Source of the DNA: the human T2T-CHM13v2.0 reference genome, Homo sapiens
Strand: one strand, 5' to 3'
DNA: 64,000 bases
NCBI RefSeq assembly: GCF_009914755.1
Contig: NC_060940.1
The translations under genes were made by a program, and so were the position numbers. Position 1 is the stretch's first letter, and each line of letters opens with the position of its first letter. Positions 13,621-25,845 of this stretch are shown one piece after another. The notes below the pieces were generated by a model. It did not search any database. It was given only the letters and a program-made list of their open reading frames with translations, and was not told where the DNA came from.

Positions 13621-14007
13621 CCTTCCCATTTTGTCTTGTTTGTTGCGATGGTGCCCAGTCATAGCAGCTCCATTTGTGCTAGAATTATTTATCTATTTCC
13701 TCTTCTTAATTGTCTTCCCTTCCTTTTTCACTCCTTTGTGTGTGTTTTTGAAAGACACCTCAAGTATCTTTGGAAAGGAGCTGGATATAGATAATAAATT
13801 GAAAATCGAACTGAGAGTTGGTCTGAGAGTCCCTGCCATTCTTGAGGCTAGCCTGTGGGGACACGAGGAAGCATGGAAGATGGACAGCGGTGGTTTTGGT
13901 GACAAGGGGATCTTTTCTCTGCAGTGCCCACTTTGTTCATCTCTGCTCACTGGGGGAGCCAGGACACGGATCCAGGTTTTCTGACTCCAGGTCTCAGGCT
14001 TGCTCCA

Positions 14008-14026
14008 TAGCGCCACCTGCTGGTGA
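14008..14026 (-). promoter_or_regulatory. CTCF binding motif (near-consensus)
   Basis: Minus strand reads TCACCAGCAGGTGGCGCTA, matching the CTCF core CCASYAGRKGGCRS at every position. Confidence 0.75.
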
Positions 14027-14039
14027 CGGCAATCGGTGT

Positions 14040-14147
14040 GGCGGGATGGGCTGGGGGAGGCGGGATGGGCTGGGGGAGGCGGGATGGGCTGGGGGAGGCG
14101 GGATGGGCTGGGGGAGGCGGGATGGGCTGGGGGAGGCGGGATGGGGG
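14040..14147 (+). repeat. 19-bp G-rich minisatellite (GCGGGATGGGCTGGGGGAG) x5.5
   Basis: Identical units start at 14041, 14060, 14079, 14098 and 14117; partial unit at 14136. Confidence 0.97.
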
Positions 14148-15149
14148 TTTGCTCCTGGCATTACCACTGGGCTCTTTCTGTTTGCTGGGCACAGGTAGGC
14201 ACCCAAATCAAGACTCAGATTTCCTCATCTCAGAAGTTGTCCACTTCTTCTCCGACCTCCACGGTAACTCGGAACCACACCGTGGAGTTATCCCTGTGTC
14301 CTCTTTCTCGGAAGTTCCACATCCAACCCCTCAGCAGGTCTCAGCGGCACTCTCACCACCTCCTCTGCTCTGTTCCTGTTTCTCTTGGATGGTCGAATGT
14401 TTCCTAAGGAGTGTCTGCTGCTTCACGCTTGCCCCCTGGAGTGGCATCTAAAAGGTGCAGGTCAGATGAATCTTTCTTCTGCCAGGGCTCCCGGCTTAGC
14501 CAAGGAAAAGCACAAGTCCCTGACCATATCCTGCAAAATTCCACATCTGGGAACTCAGGCATATCAGGCCTGGTCTCTTTTTCTTCTTCCTTTTAAAATA
14601 ACGAATACATTGACATGCCCCTTATTACACCATGCTGAAATGAAATTCATAGGCAATATCACCTATCTATAGACACAATTTACATAAATCCATGTAAGCC
14701 ACATAATGCCCTAATTGTATTCTAGAGGAGAATTAAAAGGAAACGAATTTATAATAAAATAATAGTTATCTCAGCATGTAAATATTCCAGCCCAACTCTT
14801 CTGAAAAACACAATGAAGGTGTCAAAGCCCCCTCTGCAGGTAGACTTTCTAAGAATGGGACACGACAAATACAGTTTGGCGCCCACTCAGTGATTCAAAC
14901 TCCATGAAGGGCATGGCTTTCACTGATGGAGTCCTCATGAAGGTGATCAGCTCCTGATAAAGCCCCCAGAATAACAGAGCATAACCTCCGCTTGATCCAC
15001 ACACAAGCAGCAGCCCCAGAAATCTCAGTGTTTAATGAAATTGAGCAAAACATGAACACAAAACCAAAAATAACCCCACATTCCTTTGGGTTAAATGTGA
15101 AATCAAGTTAGGTTCCAGGCTCCAAATTCTATCTAGGTTTTTTACCTGC

Positions 15150-15295
15150 CTTGATATATGTTGGATAATTCTTTGTGTGAGGAGCTGTCCACACATCACA
15201 AAGGTTCTAGCATGTGGGCCTCTACCCACTAAATGCCATTAACACCCCCAATCTTTGTGATGACCAAAAACAGGCCTACAAATTTATAACCTTCC
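15150..15295. mobile_element. MER20-like hAT fragment
   Basis: ggataattctttgtgtgagg.gctgtcc...ctctacccactaaatgcc...gtgatgaccaaaaa. Confidence 0.55.
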
Positions 15296-15299
15296 CACC

Positions 15300-15610
15300 A
15301 CTCACCTATAATCTGGCTGTTCTGGATTCCACCCCAACTTCTTTCCTGCTATATTCCTCCTCACCTACTGCATTCCAGCCCTACTGGCCTCCTGACCTAT
15401 GAGTTTATCTGGGAGAAGAATGTTCTAGGCAGAGGGAATATTCAGTGCAAATATCCTGGGGTGGAAATGTGCCTGTCTTGGTCCAAGAACAGTAAAGAAG
15501 CCAGTGTGGCCTTAGCAGGGTGAGTGAAGGGTAGAGAAGTCGGAGATGAAATTAGAGGCAGCAGGGCCCAGAATGAGGGACCTGCGAGGTTGTTAAAGGG
15601 ACTGACATTT
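15300..15610. mobile_element. L2 fragments in opposite orientations
   Basis: cattccagccctactggcctcc (sense) then gggagaagaatgttctaggcagagggaa...aagaacagtaaagaagccagtgtggc (antisense). Confidence 0.6.
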
Positions 15611-16399
15611 TAAATTCAAATTGATGGCTTATTTTGAAATGTCAGGAGATTTTGCAAAACTGAGCCTGCATTTCTGCATAGCAACCATTGGTGAGGCTTG
15701 TTCCCTGTGGCAGGGCTGTCTCCTCTTCAATTTGCCACAAGCCCCACCCATCCCTATTGCCTCATGCATCCACCTGCTTTGCTCGTGTACATTGCCTGTC
15801 TGCCCCATAGGGATATGAGGTTACAAAGTCTCCCCACAGGGGAAAGGGTGAGGGGAAAGATAGTGAATATGGGTGTGGAGGGAGAAGGCAGTTTTCCCCC
15901 TTCCCTCCTCTGGGGAGCACAAGGCCAGGCTTTTCTGGGAAGGGACTCTGGGAGGCTGTGGGTGAGGTCTCCTCTCTGACACTGCTCTGCATGCTCCACT
16001 CCCAGGTCACCTGCTGAGAAGGCATCTCTGCAGGGGAGGCCGAGGCAAGGGCACCCATGGGGACGCCTCGAGGAAATAGTGAAAATGTTTTCCCAGGGAA
16101 AGCCAACACTGCCATTTGTTTTAGTTGCTTAAATTATATGTGTTATTTATTTTTTAAGTGGTCTGTCATTATTGGTGAATGGGGAAGCCACCCAGCCTCA
16201 CAATGCAACCAAAATTTTAGATATTGCTATGTAGTTATTAACGAATGAGCTTTTCATCTTTGGAAAATGTGCTGTGCATGAAGCCCAGGGGGCTGGGTTT
16301 CTTGTTATTGGGTAATTATAGCCCATGAGGAGGGGGTGGCCTGGGTCTTCAGCAGCAGGCGGGGTGGGACTTTTCAGGCTCTCTGCATGGTGGCTCAGC

Positions 16400-16800
16400 C
16401 ATCCATTCGTATATTTATTCAAACATGCATATTGGGCGCCTACTGTGTATGAGGTGCTGCTCCAGATACTGAGAGCAATGATATTAATATAAAGAATAAA
16501 GCCACCACTTTCATCATGCTTACTGTGTGCCAGGCACTGTTCTGAGTGCTGTACCTATATTAACTCATTTCATTATCCAAACAACCCAGCAGGTAGCATT
16601 TTCCCCATTTTACAGATGTGGAAACTGAGGCACAGAGAGACAGGAACAAGAGACACTGGCTTCATGTATGCATAAGAAATTTCCATGCAATGGAGAAAAA
16701 TCCAGCAGAATTATATGACAGAGAGGGCCTGGAAGGGGCCACCTGTAGATAGGGTGGTCAGGGAAGGCCTCCCTGGGGGAGGTGGTGGGGAGAAGGAGAC
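16400..16800 (-). mobile_element. L2 3' end with nested MIR
   Basis: cattc..atttattcaaacatgcatattgggcgcctactgtgt (L2 tail); ccccattttacagatgtggaaactgaggcacagaga (MIR core). Confidence 0.7.
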
Positions 16801-16813
16801 AACTATGGAGAGA

Positions 16814-17420
16814 TGTTAGTGCTACCCGTGGCGAATCCCTATGGGTCTGCAGAACCTCAATTCTTGCCTCATCAGAAGAAACAATCCCACTGAGTAGGCA
16901 TAAGACAGAAGGAGAGACCGAGGAAAGTCTTTAGAGCAGGAATGAACGTTTATTAAAAAGTTTTAGAGTGGGAACAGAATGAAGGCAAGCATATTTGGAA
17001 GAGGGCCAAGTGGGCAACTTGAAAGACAAGTGCCCTGTTTGACCTTTGAATTGGGGTCTTATATGTGGGCATACTTCTGGGGTCCGGCTTCTCTTCTCCC
17101 CTGATTCTTCCATTGGGGTGGGCTGTCTGCATGCACAGCAGCCTGCCAGCGCTTGGGAGGGGACCATGCACAGTATATTTACTGAAGTTGTACGTGTGCT
17201 TACTTGAGGCGTTCTTCCCTTACCAGTCAAATGTCCCTGGAAGGTCATATACCAAGTAAATGCTGCCATTTTGCCTCTTAGCGCGCATGCTTGAGTCCAC
17301 TTGCCCAACTCTGGGATCTTATCAGGAAGCTGCTGATCACCAGTTTCAGATGTTTTCAGCTATTGGGAGACTGCTTTTCTCTGGCGCTGGCTGCGACCAG
17401 TTATTACTTCAGAGAAACAG
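16814..17420 (-). mobile_element. ERV1-class LTR (MER50-like), truncated
   Basis: gtggcgaatccctatgggtctgcag.acctcaattcttgcctc.tcagaagaa...tttattaaaaag (poly(A) signal on minus strand). Subfamily from memory. Confidence 0.7.
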
Positions 17421-18019
17421 AAAGAAGGAAGCTGGGGCCGAGGGAATGTGGTTTTGCTGTAAAAATCTGACTGCACTCAGAGCCTGGGACTTTCTAACCG
17501 GCATGTGATGGTCCTGGGTGGGGGGCCTTGGCTGCTAAGCTGGAGGCTGGGGTCAGGGCATGGCTGGGAATAGCGGTCTCTCAGGGTGCAGAGAGGACAC
17601 TCAGGCACTTGAGTTGACCCTCACTTGTGGGTGGCTGGACAAGGAGGTGCTGAGGCCTCAGGCGGGGTTTCTCAAGGCAGAATTAAGGGCCACCTCCCCC
17701 ATCCCCTACTCCCACCCTCTCCACTTAGGAATTCCCTGTGGTGTTTTTTTTTTTTTTTTTTTTTAACATATGCAGATTTATGGGCTTCACCAGATCCTTC
17801 TAATGCTAAATATTAATGGCATTTGCAGTCTGGAGCAGAGGAGCTGGGTGGGGGCACTGGGAGCTGAACACATCCCTGGACACGGCTGTCTCACTGGAGG
17901 GGGTTGAGTTCTGCAGAGAGAACCCTAAATGCAGAACCAGGACCGAGGGGCACACGTTCTAGGAAGAAATTTTAATTCAAGTTACTCAAGGATTTTGTAA
18001 AGGCTGGAGCTGTCCAAAA

Positions 18020-18240
18020 GCTGGAAGACGTGGACTCTAGGGTCAGGCAGACCAGATTGAGTCTTTGCTTGACCACTCTTGGTTGTCAGACCAAGGGACT
18101 TAACTTCCTGTTGCCTGAGCTTTCTCAGCAATAGAATGGGGACAAACACAGCAGCCACTCATAAGAGTGAAATGAGTTAACACATGGACAGTGCCTAGAA
18201 CACTGCACACAGTAAGTGCTCAATAAATGTCAGCTGTAGT
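18020..18240 (+). mobile_element. MIR SINE
   Basis: tggactctagggtcaggcagacc...acttaacttcctgttgcctgagc...cacagtaagtgctcaataaatgt. Confidence 0.7.
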
Positions 18241-18766
18241 CATCCGCACATTCTTATTACTGGCAATAGAAGGACTTGCCTTTACAGGCAGATCAACCTC
18301 TTGTGAGGACGGAAGCAGACTCTAATGCCCCTTGTTGCTGATTCAAGGGGCCTCTGGAAGACCCTTCCACCCTAAAGTGATGTTTCCAACTGTCCTCTAT
18401 TGCCACGGGCTAAAATGGCAATGGCTTTTGCTTCCCTGCTCTGGGGTCTCTCTGGGAAGCTCTAGAAAACTGGGAGAATAAACAGATCCAGCCTGGCCAC
18501 AAGGGACTCTCTCACCATCAGATGCCATTAACCAACGGAGTGTCCTTCCCCATCACTTGGGAATCACAAAGTCACCAGAATTCTTACGCCTTTGAGAAAG
18601 GGTGTGCCATGCCGGTCGGTAGTGTGACTTGTACTGGATCAAAGTCTCTCTCTGGAGGAAGCTGGGCCCAGGGACTGCTCACTGCCAGAGAACATTTCAG
18701 CCTTCCCTCTGAGACTGGGTTCTTTCTGCTGAGAGCCTGTGGAGGCTGAGATGGCCAGGTGGGGAG

Positions 18767-18782
18767 TGATGATTGATGATGG

Positions 18783-18820
<38 letters not shown>

Positions 18821-18828
18821 GTGACGGT
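18767..18828. repeat. (GAT)n trinucleotide repeat with 12 pure units at 18784-18819
   Basis: Direct reading. Confidence 0.95.
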
Positions 18829-20494
18829 AAAGATGAAAAAGAAGAGAAAATCATAAAGATGGCAACCATTACTATTGTTCTTTCTCACTCCGCTGAGCAC
18901 TCACAATGTATCAGACACAGCATTCAGGGTGCTTCCCCATTCATTATCCCAGCTAATCCTTGCAGCAACCTTTATGAGGTGCGTGCTGTCGTCTCTACTT
19001 TATTTAAGAGAGAAAATGAGGCTGGTGGAGTTGAAGCTCCATGTTCAAGGCTCCAGGCAAGCAGGAGCTGGAGCCGGATTAGAGCCCAGTTCTGGGCATC
19101 CACGCCTTTAACCGCTAAGCCATGCTGTCTCAATGTAGCCACCCCAGCAGCCTTGGCCCAGTGGGCCGGTAAGGCTGGCTTGTTGAGAAAGGGACACTGG
19201 TATAGGGCATACCCTTGGTGTCAATGGGGTGAGTTTGAGAGATGGGACCGTTGAGGACTGAGGAATGTGAAAGGCAAGACTTTTTAGCAGAAGCTGCCTC
19301 TAAGGAGAGGCCTCCTTCATCACCCTGCTCAGACTGCACTCCACCCTTGGCATTCCACACTCCCTTGGTACTGCAAGACAAGGCAATGATAACCACTCGA
19401 TTTCAACTGAAATCACTTGTTTTTTCCCCCTTCCCAACTGGGCTCTCCCCTGAGACCCAGGTGTTAATGAAATCAAACAAATGAAAATGGGTAAATTATT
19501 GCAAAGCTATGAACACCTCCACAGGGCCACGCCTCACTAGTTTCCAATACCACCTCATTCTGGAGGCTGCCGGAGGAGCTGAAGCAATTTTGTCCCATGG
19601 GTGAGGTGGTGGAAGGAAGGGACAAAAGAGACAAGATATTGCAATCAGAAGGTCGCTGACCCAGGCTTTTGTATAATTATAGAATTTCATTTCGGGCCAA
19701 CTGGATGGACGACTGAGCTTGTTGGCAAATTAGTGGTGAAAAATAAAGCAATTTTTAGCGTCCTTGAAAGAGTTGCCACTCCAGTGAAGTGTCAGGGCCC
19801 CAGAGTCGGGGAGGAAGGGATGGATGGAGAAGAGGGGCCTAGGTTGGAAGCAGCTAATCATTTGAACTCATGAGGCAGAGACGTTTTAGTTGGGGATCTG
19901 GGTGAACATGCCCCTTGCTGCCCAAGGGGATGATCCTGACTACCTTTGGGGTGTGTCTTCAGGATAGAAGGTGCTGAGACATGAATCTGGCCTGAACTGC
20001 CCTCTTCCTAGAATGATTCTCCAAGAATCAGGTGCGGAGATTTTTCTTTTTTCTAAGTAGTGTCCAGACCAGTCTGACATATAACCCTGGCTTTGCCTTG
20101 ACATGACCAAGGACAAGCCTCTTAGTCTTTCTGAACCTCAGTTTTAATTATTTTGTTAAAATGGAGAACAGGAACATTCACCACATGAGATTAGCCCAGT
20201 TGATTATAGATGAGAAAGTACTTTACACATTAAAATGAAATATGGTTTTGCTTGATATTATTCTTTCCACGCTTTTATTATGAACATTGCTTTTTATTTT
20301 TAGCAAATAGATTTGGCCTCTTGCCTTATCACCAATTACCTTTATTATTATTATTGTTGTTGCTATATCTGCCCATGGATCCACTCTATAATTATTTTGT
20401 TGACACTTTTTTTTAGATTGTCTTACTTTTGCAATTTTCACTTAAATACCCCTTCTAGCTTTATGTTAAGCCAAAATATACATGAACATACTGG

Positions 20495-20808
20495 TTTCTT
20501 TTCTTTCTTTCTTTCTTTTTTTTCTGAGACAGAATCTCTCTCTGTTTCTCAGGCTGGAGTGCAATGGTGTGGTCTTGGCTCACCACAACCTCTGCCTCCT
20601 GGATTCAAGGGATTCTCCTGCCTCAGCCTCCCAAGTAGCTGGGATTATGGGCATCCACCACCACACCTGGCTAATTTTTTGTATTTTTAGTAGAGACGAG
20701 GTTTCACCATGTTGGCCAGTCAGGTCTCGAACTCCTGACCTCTGGTGATCAGTTCGCCTTGGCCTCCCAAAGTGCTGAGATTACAGGTGTGAGCCACCAC
20801 GCCCAGTT
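20495..20808 (-). mobile_element. AluS
   Basis: Full antisense Alu with (TTTC)n/T tail. Confidence 0.93.
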
Positions 20809-21955
20809 CACAGTCTGGATTATTAATGACCCTATTTCAGATCAAAAGTTCCTGAGGATTGGAGAGAGGGACAAGACTTGCCTGAAGACATACAGTCAGG
20901 CAGTGGTAGAGCCAGGACTCGAACTCAGAATCCTGTGACCCCCAAAGTGCTGTGTCCTCTCCATGAATGGACCAGACCACAGAGGCTGGGAAGTGGTGTC
21001 ATTACTCTCTTCCTTTCCCCATAATTAACCAGTTGGGGAAGGTGAGATAAACCAAAGCTGAACTAGGTACCCACAAGGGTTTACATTAGCCTTAGCCCAT
21101 TCAGGGTTTTCCACTCATATCACACAGAGCTTTTGTGTGTTGGTGAGCCAGGCCAGGTGAGCCTTGAGAAGTGATGTGGTTCTTGATGTTTCAGGGGAAG
21201 TAAAGAGGGAAATCGTGATGTCTTTGAATTTTAGGACAAGATGGGGGGAAACTGCAGCTGGATTTATATATAGGCTCTCCAGTGGGGCCATATGTGGGCA
21301 TCTAGGGATAAGTGGTGGCAGGAAGATCACCTGCCGTTAGCCCAATGATAATTTGATCACAGATAGGTACCTCTGGGAGGCTCCCAAAATAATTGGAGAC
21401 ATAAGAGAATTCCCAGGAAGAGAACTAAAGAGCACCCCTGCTCTCTAGAAACTGGGAGCAGAGGGAAATCATGGGATGGTTAGAGAATAGTATGAGATGG
21501 CATGTGAGAGAGTAACAGAAGATGTTACAAGATCCTAGGAGCAGTTGGCATTTTGAGGAAGGAGAGACTGGGACATTGGGGTAACCTGGGATGGCTACCT
21601 GGGATGGCTGCCTGGAGGAGGTGAGACTTTATCAGGGATTTGGGAGGAGAGTACATTAGCCAGAACGTTTAGCTACAAAGATCAGAAAGTGCATCTTGAC
21701 CTGGTTAAAGCAAAGTTAAAAAAAGAAAAAAAAGAAAAAAAAAACCTTATGTTTTGTTTTGTTTGTGGCTCATATAAACACTACGCTCAGGGTGAAGCCT
21801 ATGAACCCAGGTGCTACAAAACTGTGGTCCACGCTGTGGCCGTGTGTTCATTTCTTAGCTCTGCCTCCCCTGGGTTGGGGTGGTTATTTAGCAGCTTGCT
21901 ACATGGGGCTGTAAAGATGCCCCTGGCAACTCCAGTTTTCAAGGTCCTTGTATCC

Positions 21956-22533
21956 TGTGTCTCAAAGCATACCTGCAGGATTTTAATATACGGAGGTGGC
22001 CACGGGATGACACAAAGGGGTCAATGGCATTGAAATAAGACCTTTGTTACTGAACAGCTCATGAGAGAAGGGGCATACTACACCACAAGAGGCCTCAGAG
22101 AGAAGCATCAGTTTTGGTCAGGAGGCAGAGGGAGTGAGGGGGAAGCCTCTGCCAGAGCCTTTATTAGGGTTTCCTCAGGCAAGGCAAGGCATTGGGTATG
22201 GGTGTGGGGGGTAGTTAGTTTAGAATTGGCTATTCTGAATAATTCTGTCAGGCTTTGGGGCATAGGGACTTGTGTCTAGTGGTCTGGTACTTGAGCTTGG
22301 GTTGATTTGGGGCAGGGGAAATATTGCCTTGGGGAGTGAGAGTTGAATAAAGGAGGTGTTTAGGGGTATGGACTCAGGGTTGGTTGGTTTGCATATGAAA
22401 GGCGTGTAGTCAGGTGGAGTTTATTATCTCTAGGAATCAGCTAGTCCTGGGAGAGGCAGTTTCTCTCCAGTTAGAGAGGCCACAAATGCCAGAGCATCAA
22501 TACTACAGAAAATAAGCAAATATTGTTAATACA
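21956..22533 (-). mobile_element. ERVL-class solo LTR (MER76/MER54-like), inserted in an older MLT1 fragment
   Basis: Minus strand begins TGTATTAACAATATTTGCTTATTTTCTGTAGTATTGATGCTCTGGCATTTG; TG...CA termini; AATAAA on minus strand near 22160. Confidence 0.65.
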
Positions 22534-23589
22534 ATTGGCCCAATGAGTGGATGCCCAATAGATGAATACCGACTCTAAGAAAACACAGGACATCCTGCGA
22601 GCATCTTTTTCTTCCTAGCTTTGATGGGATGGAGTCCTGTGATTGGTCAGTCCTGAGAGACGCACCTACGCCGGGAAGGCCAGGCCAACCTCGTTGGGAA
22701 CACAGGAACATGTTACTGCAATGGTTGGAGGGATGATGATGATGCTTGGCTGAAAACCCTGTGTCTAGGGGAGAGAAAGGATTCTGCTGTGGTGGGCTGA
22801 GGGCAGGGGCATTTCAGACATAGGAGGAAGAGGCAGGACAGAGATGTTAGCCATTTATGAAACAGTCTTCATACATTACTGTCTTCAAACTATCTTGCCT
22901 GCTCCTTCCCTTGTCAATATCTCAGATGAATGGGTTAGCTTTCCTGTTAACTTCTGTAATTGACTCATTTTCAGGTATTAAAATGTCCAGCCTAGTTTCT
23001 ATCAAATCCAGTCTTGCAGCCTTTTCCAGTCTTCTTCCTTCCTCTTGTCTCAGCTTGACTTGAGCTGGAATCCTGGAGGAGGGGAGGTTGGGGAACTGGG
23101 ACTGTCTGGCATCTTCCTCCCTCCTTGCCCTCTTATCTGCTGCTGTGGGTGTTCTGTCCCCTGTGTGTGAGCCCTGAGGTGAGAGGACAGATGTTATCCT
23201 GGATAGGCTGTTACAAGGCATCAATTCTATCAGGGAGTGGCATCTTCTGTTGGCTTTCATGGGGCATCATGGTTTTCTCAGGAAGGATCTCTGTGTGACA
23301 CTATTTCTGGGTATGGGTTTCCTGTTCTCTGGGTGACCTCATGGGACCTTTCTCTCGCTCCCCTTTCTTGCAGGATACCCTACAACTAACAGGCATGATG
23401 CCATCAAGACATCTTGAGCCTGGCTACCTCCCGTGGCCTGTATTTTGTCCACAGGAAACTCGCGCAGTCTCACTACAGCAAATTGAGGTGGTATGGGGTG
23501 CCTGCTGCTGCCTCTCTCTTCACCTTTCCACAGAGGGCTGCCCCAGCCTGACTCCCACTTCCAGAGTTTCTCCAGGTAAGAAATGGGTG

Positions 23590-23988
23590 TGAATCTCTGT
23601 ACATATACGCTGTGGTGGGCATGCACCTCTCCTTGCTGTCATATTCCATGGGGTGAAAGTCGCAGTTAGCACCTGTCACTTTCTTCCTGTGGGCTCTGCT
23701 CAATGTACCAGGGGAGCTGACATGCCTGGGAATAGGAGTCTGTGGATAAATACCCCAGCTTCCTTGACTTTATTTGGGACACAGTGTGTGCATGATAGTC
23801 ATCAATGGGTTTGAGCTCCAGTTGCCCACAATGGTCCCTGCTCATTAATGCATGCTGTATTGGCTTCCTTTCCATCCTTCTCTCATTTTCCTACTTCCCT
23901 CTCAGTACTTCCTGGAATATTTCTCAAACTGCTGTACTTGAGTCTTTAGCACAGGGTCTGATTCCAGGGGGAACCCAGCCTAAGACAT
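23590..23988 (+). mobile_element. LTR16-family (ERVL) LTR
   Basis: gtggataaataccccagcttcc...gagctccagttgcccac...ggggaacccagcctaagaca 3' end; start approximate. Confidence 0.7.
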
Positions 23989-24494
23989 GTGTCCTTAAGC
24001 TCCCAAGTACACACTCCCAGGATGGTTCTTATCTCATCTCATCCTATCCTAGTTGAGGGTGGAATGGGGCTCCCAGATTCCACAGCTCAGCAAGCCACCA
24101 GCCATGGGTATCAGGCTGGTCCCTGAAGCCAATCTCTTGAGCAACCTCCTATGCTTGGTGGCTGCTGTGCCTTCCATGCCTTGTCCCTTTCTGTACCTCT
24201 TCCTGAGTCACAGTGCTCTCTGCCCAGGGTGACAACTCTCAAAGCTGACTATCTTTTTACTTCCCCATATTTCTCTCAAACATTTACTCCTCTCCTTATA
24301 TAGATTGGAGTGGGTGATGGGGATACTCTTAGGTCTTAGTGGGTGACCTGTTAGGCCACCTCTTAAGAAGTCTGAGGGTGTGTGTCCTGCAGCTCCTCTA
24401 TAGAATATGGGGCACTTATCACTTATCTTATGACAAATTTAGCTCAGGGACTTAGTCAGAGAGAAAAGTCCCACTCACCAGCTTGTTTCAAAAT

Positions 24495-25065
24495 ACAGTT
24501 GATGCACATACACCTACCCTGAGACCCCGCAATTCTACTCCTTCATATGCACCCAACAGAAATGTGCTTGTATGTTCATCAACAGACACATACAAGAAGG
24601 CTTATGGCAGTGCTATTGGTGATATCACAAAACTGGAAAAAAAGCCAATGCCCATAGACTGTAAAAGAGATTATTATATTGTGATATAATCATACGGTGG
24701 GTTACTACTCAGCAATGAGAATTCATGAACTACAACCTCATGTAAAACCATGGATGAAACTCACAAACATGGTTGGGGCAAAGAAGCCAGACACAAAGGC
24801 ATATATACTGCGTGATTCCACTTATAAAGAGTTCGAAGTCAAACAAAATTTACCTGTGATGTAGAAGTCAGGCTCATGCTTATCTTTAGAAGGGAGGCAT
24901 TGACTGGGAGGTACCACGAGATGAGCTTCTGGAGAGCTGACCATGTTTCATTTCTTGACCTGGGTGATGGATGTCTGGGTGTGTTTACTTCATGCAAATT
25001 AATCCATCAATACACTCAGGATTTGTGCATCTTTATTACATATGGCATGCTTCAATTTCTGTATT
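24495..25065 (+). mobile_element. L1ME/MC 3' end
   Basis: ORF2 C-terminal remnant (cctgagaccccgcaattctactcc) plus L1ME-type 3' UTR (aaagaagccagacacaaa..tactgcgtgattccacttata). Confidence 0.8.
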
Positions 25066-25079
25066 AATATATGAATACC

Positions 25080-25845
25080 AGGCCAGTATAAACCTGCTGG
25101 GAGCATGCTAAGCCTGACAAGAGGAGAAAGAGGTCTCATTCTGAGGGAGTTGCATGAATGAGCAAGTAAGTACTGTCAGGAGGCAAGAGAATACCTCTGG
25201 GATAGGATTTCTGCAGTGTTTGATCAAAAGTCCAGAACATATAACTGAACAAGTAAGAATTCATTGAATTGACATCACTCTCTTGGAATGTAAGATTTAA
25301 TACCCTTGCAAAAGCCTGAGGAGATGGGACAAACTCACTGCTAAAGAAGCTTCTAGAAGCCTAGAGAAGGCAATGGCCCATACTGAGATGAAGTAGAAAT
25401 AGCTGAGTTTCCCCGGCAGGAGGAAAAAACCTGAGGGAAAGGGACATGCAGTATATGAGGCCAGAAGGCCCATAGAGGATATGTTTCATTGGAGGACCCA
25501 GAGGACACACCATTCACCAATAACATTAGGAATGCACTGGTGAGAAGCACACCAGTCTCCCAAGTAACTCATTGTTGGTTCTCCTCTGCAGATTAAGGCT
25601 GCTGATAGGAGAGACAGATGCAGAACTGGACCATTAGGAAGATGATGACTTCCTAATATATCAGAAGCCAGAGGGCTACAATTATCATAAAGACTGGCAA
25701 GGTCAGAAGGGCTGCAATGGTGGCTTGAACTGAGAGCATGGATAACAGAGCCTGGTGTCCTTAGAGGCAAAATATTTAGGCAGCCAATAAGGCTGCTGCC
25801 TAACATTTACAAACAGAAGGCAAATATGGAGGAACAGAGGTGGAG
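25080..25845 (+). mobile_element. ERVL/MaLR internal gag-like remnant
   Basis: Decayed ERVL gag-like motifs (…gaatacctctgggatagg…; ggaggacccagaggacacaccattcaccaa…aatgcactggtgaga = EDPEDTPFT..NALVR). Confidence 0.6.

Noticed and set aside
14040-14147. PRDM9 13-mer hotspot motif in the minisatellite
   Set aside because: No register I tried by hand fits CCNCCNTNNCCNC
13842-14451. Gly-rich and Pro-rich ORFs
   Set aside because: Translation of the 19-bp G-rich minisatellite
18739-19254. Acidic poly-Asp ORF of 171 aa
   Set aside because: (GAT)n microsatellite followed by MIR-derived sequence
21584-21612. 13-bp tandem duplication (acctgggatggct x2)
   Set aside because: Ordinary slippage in an L2-like fragment
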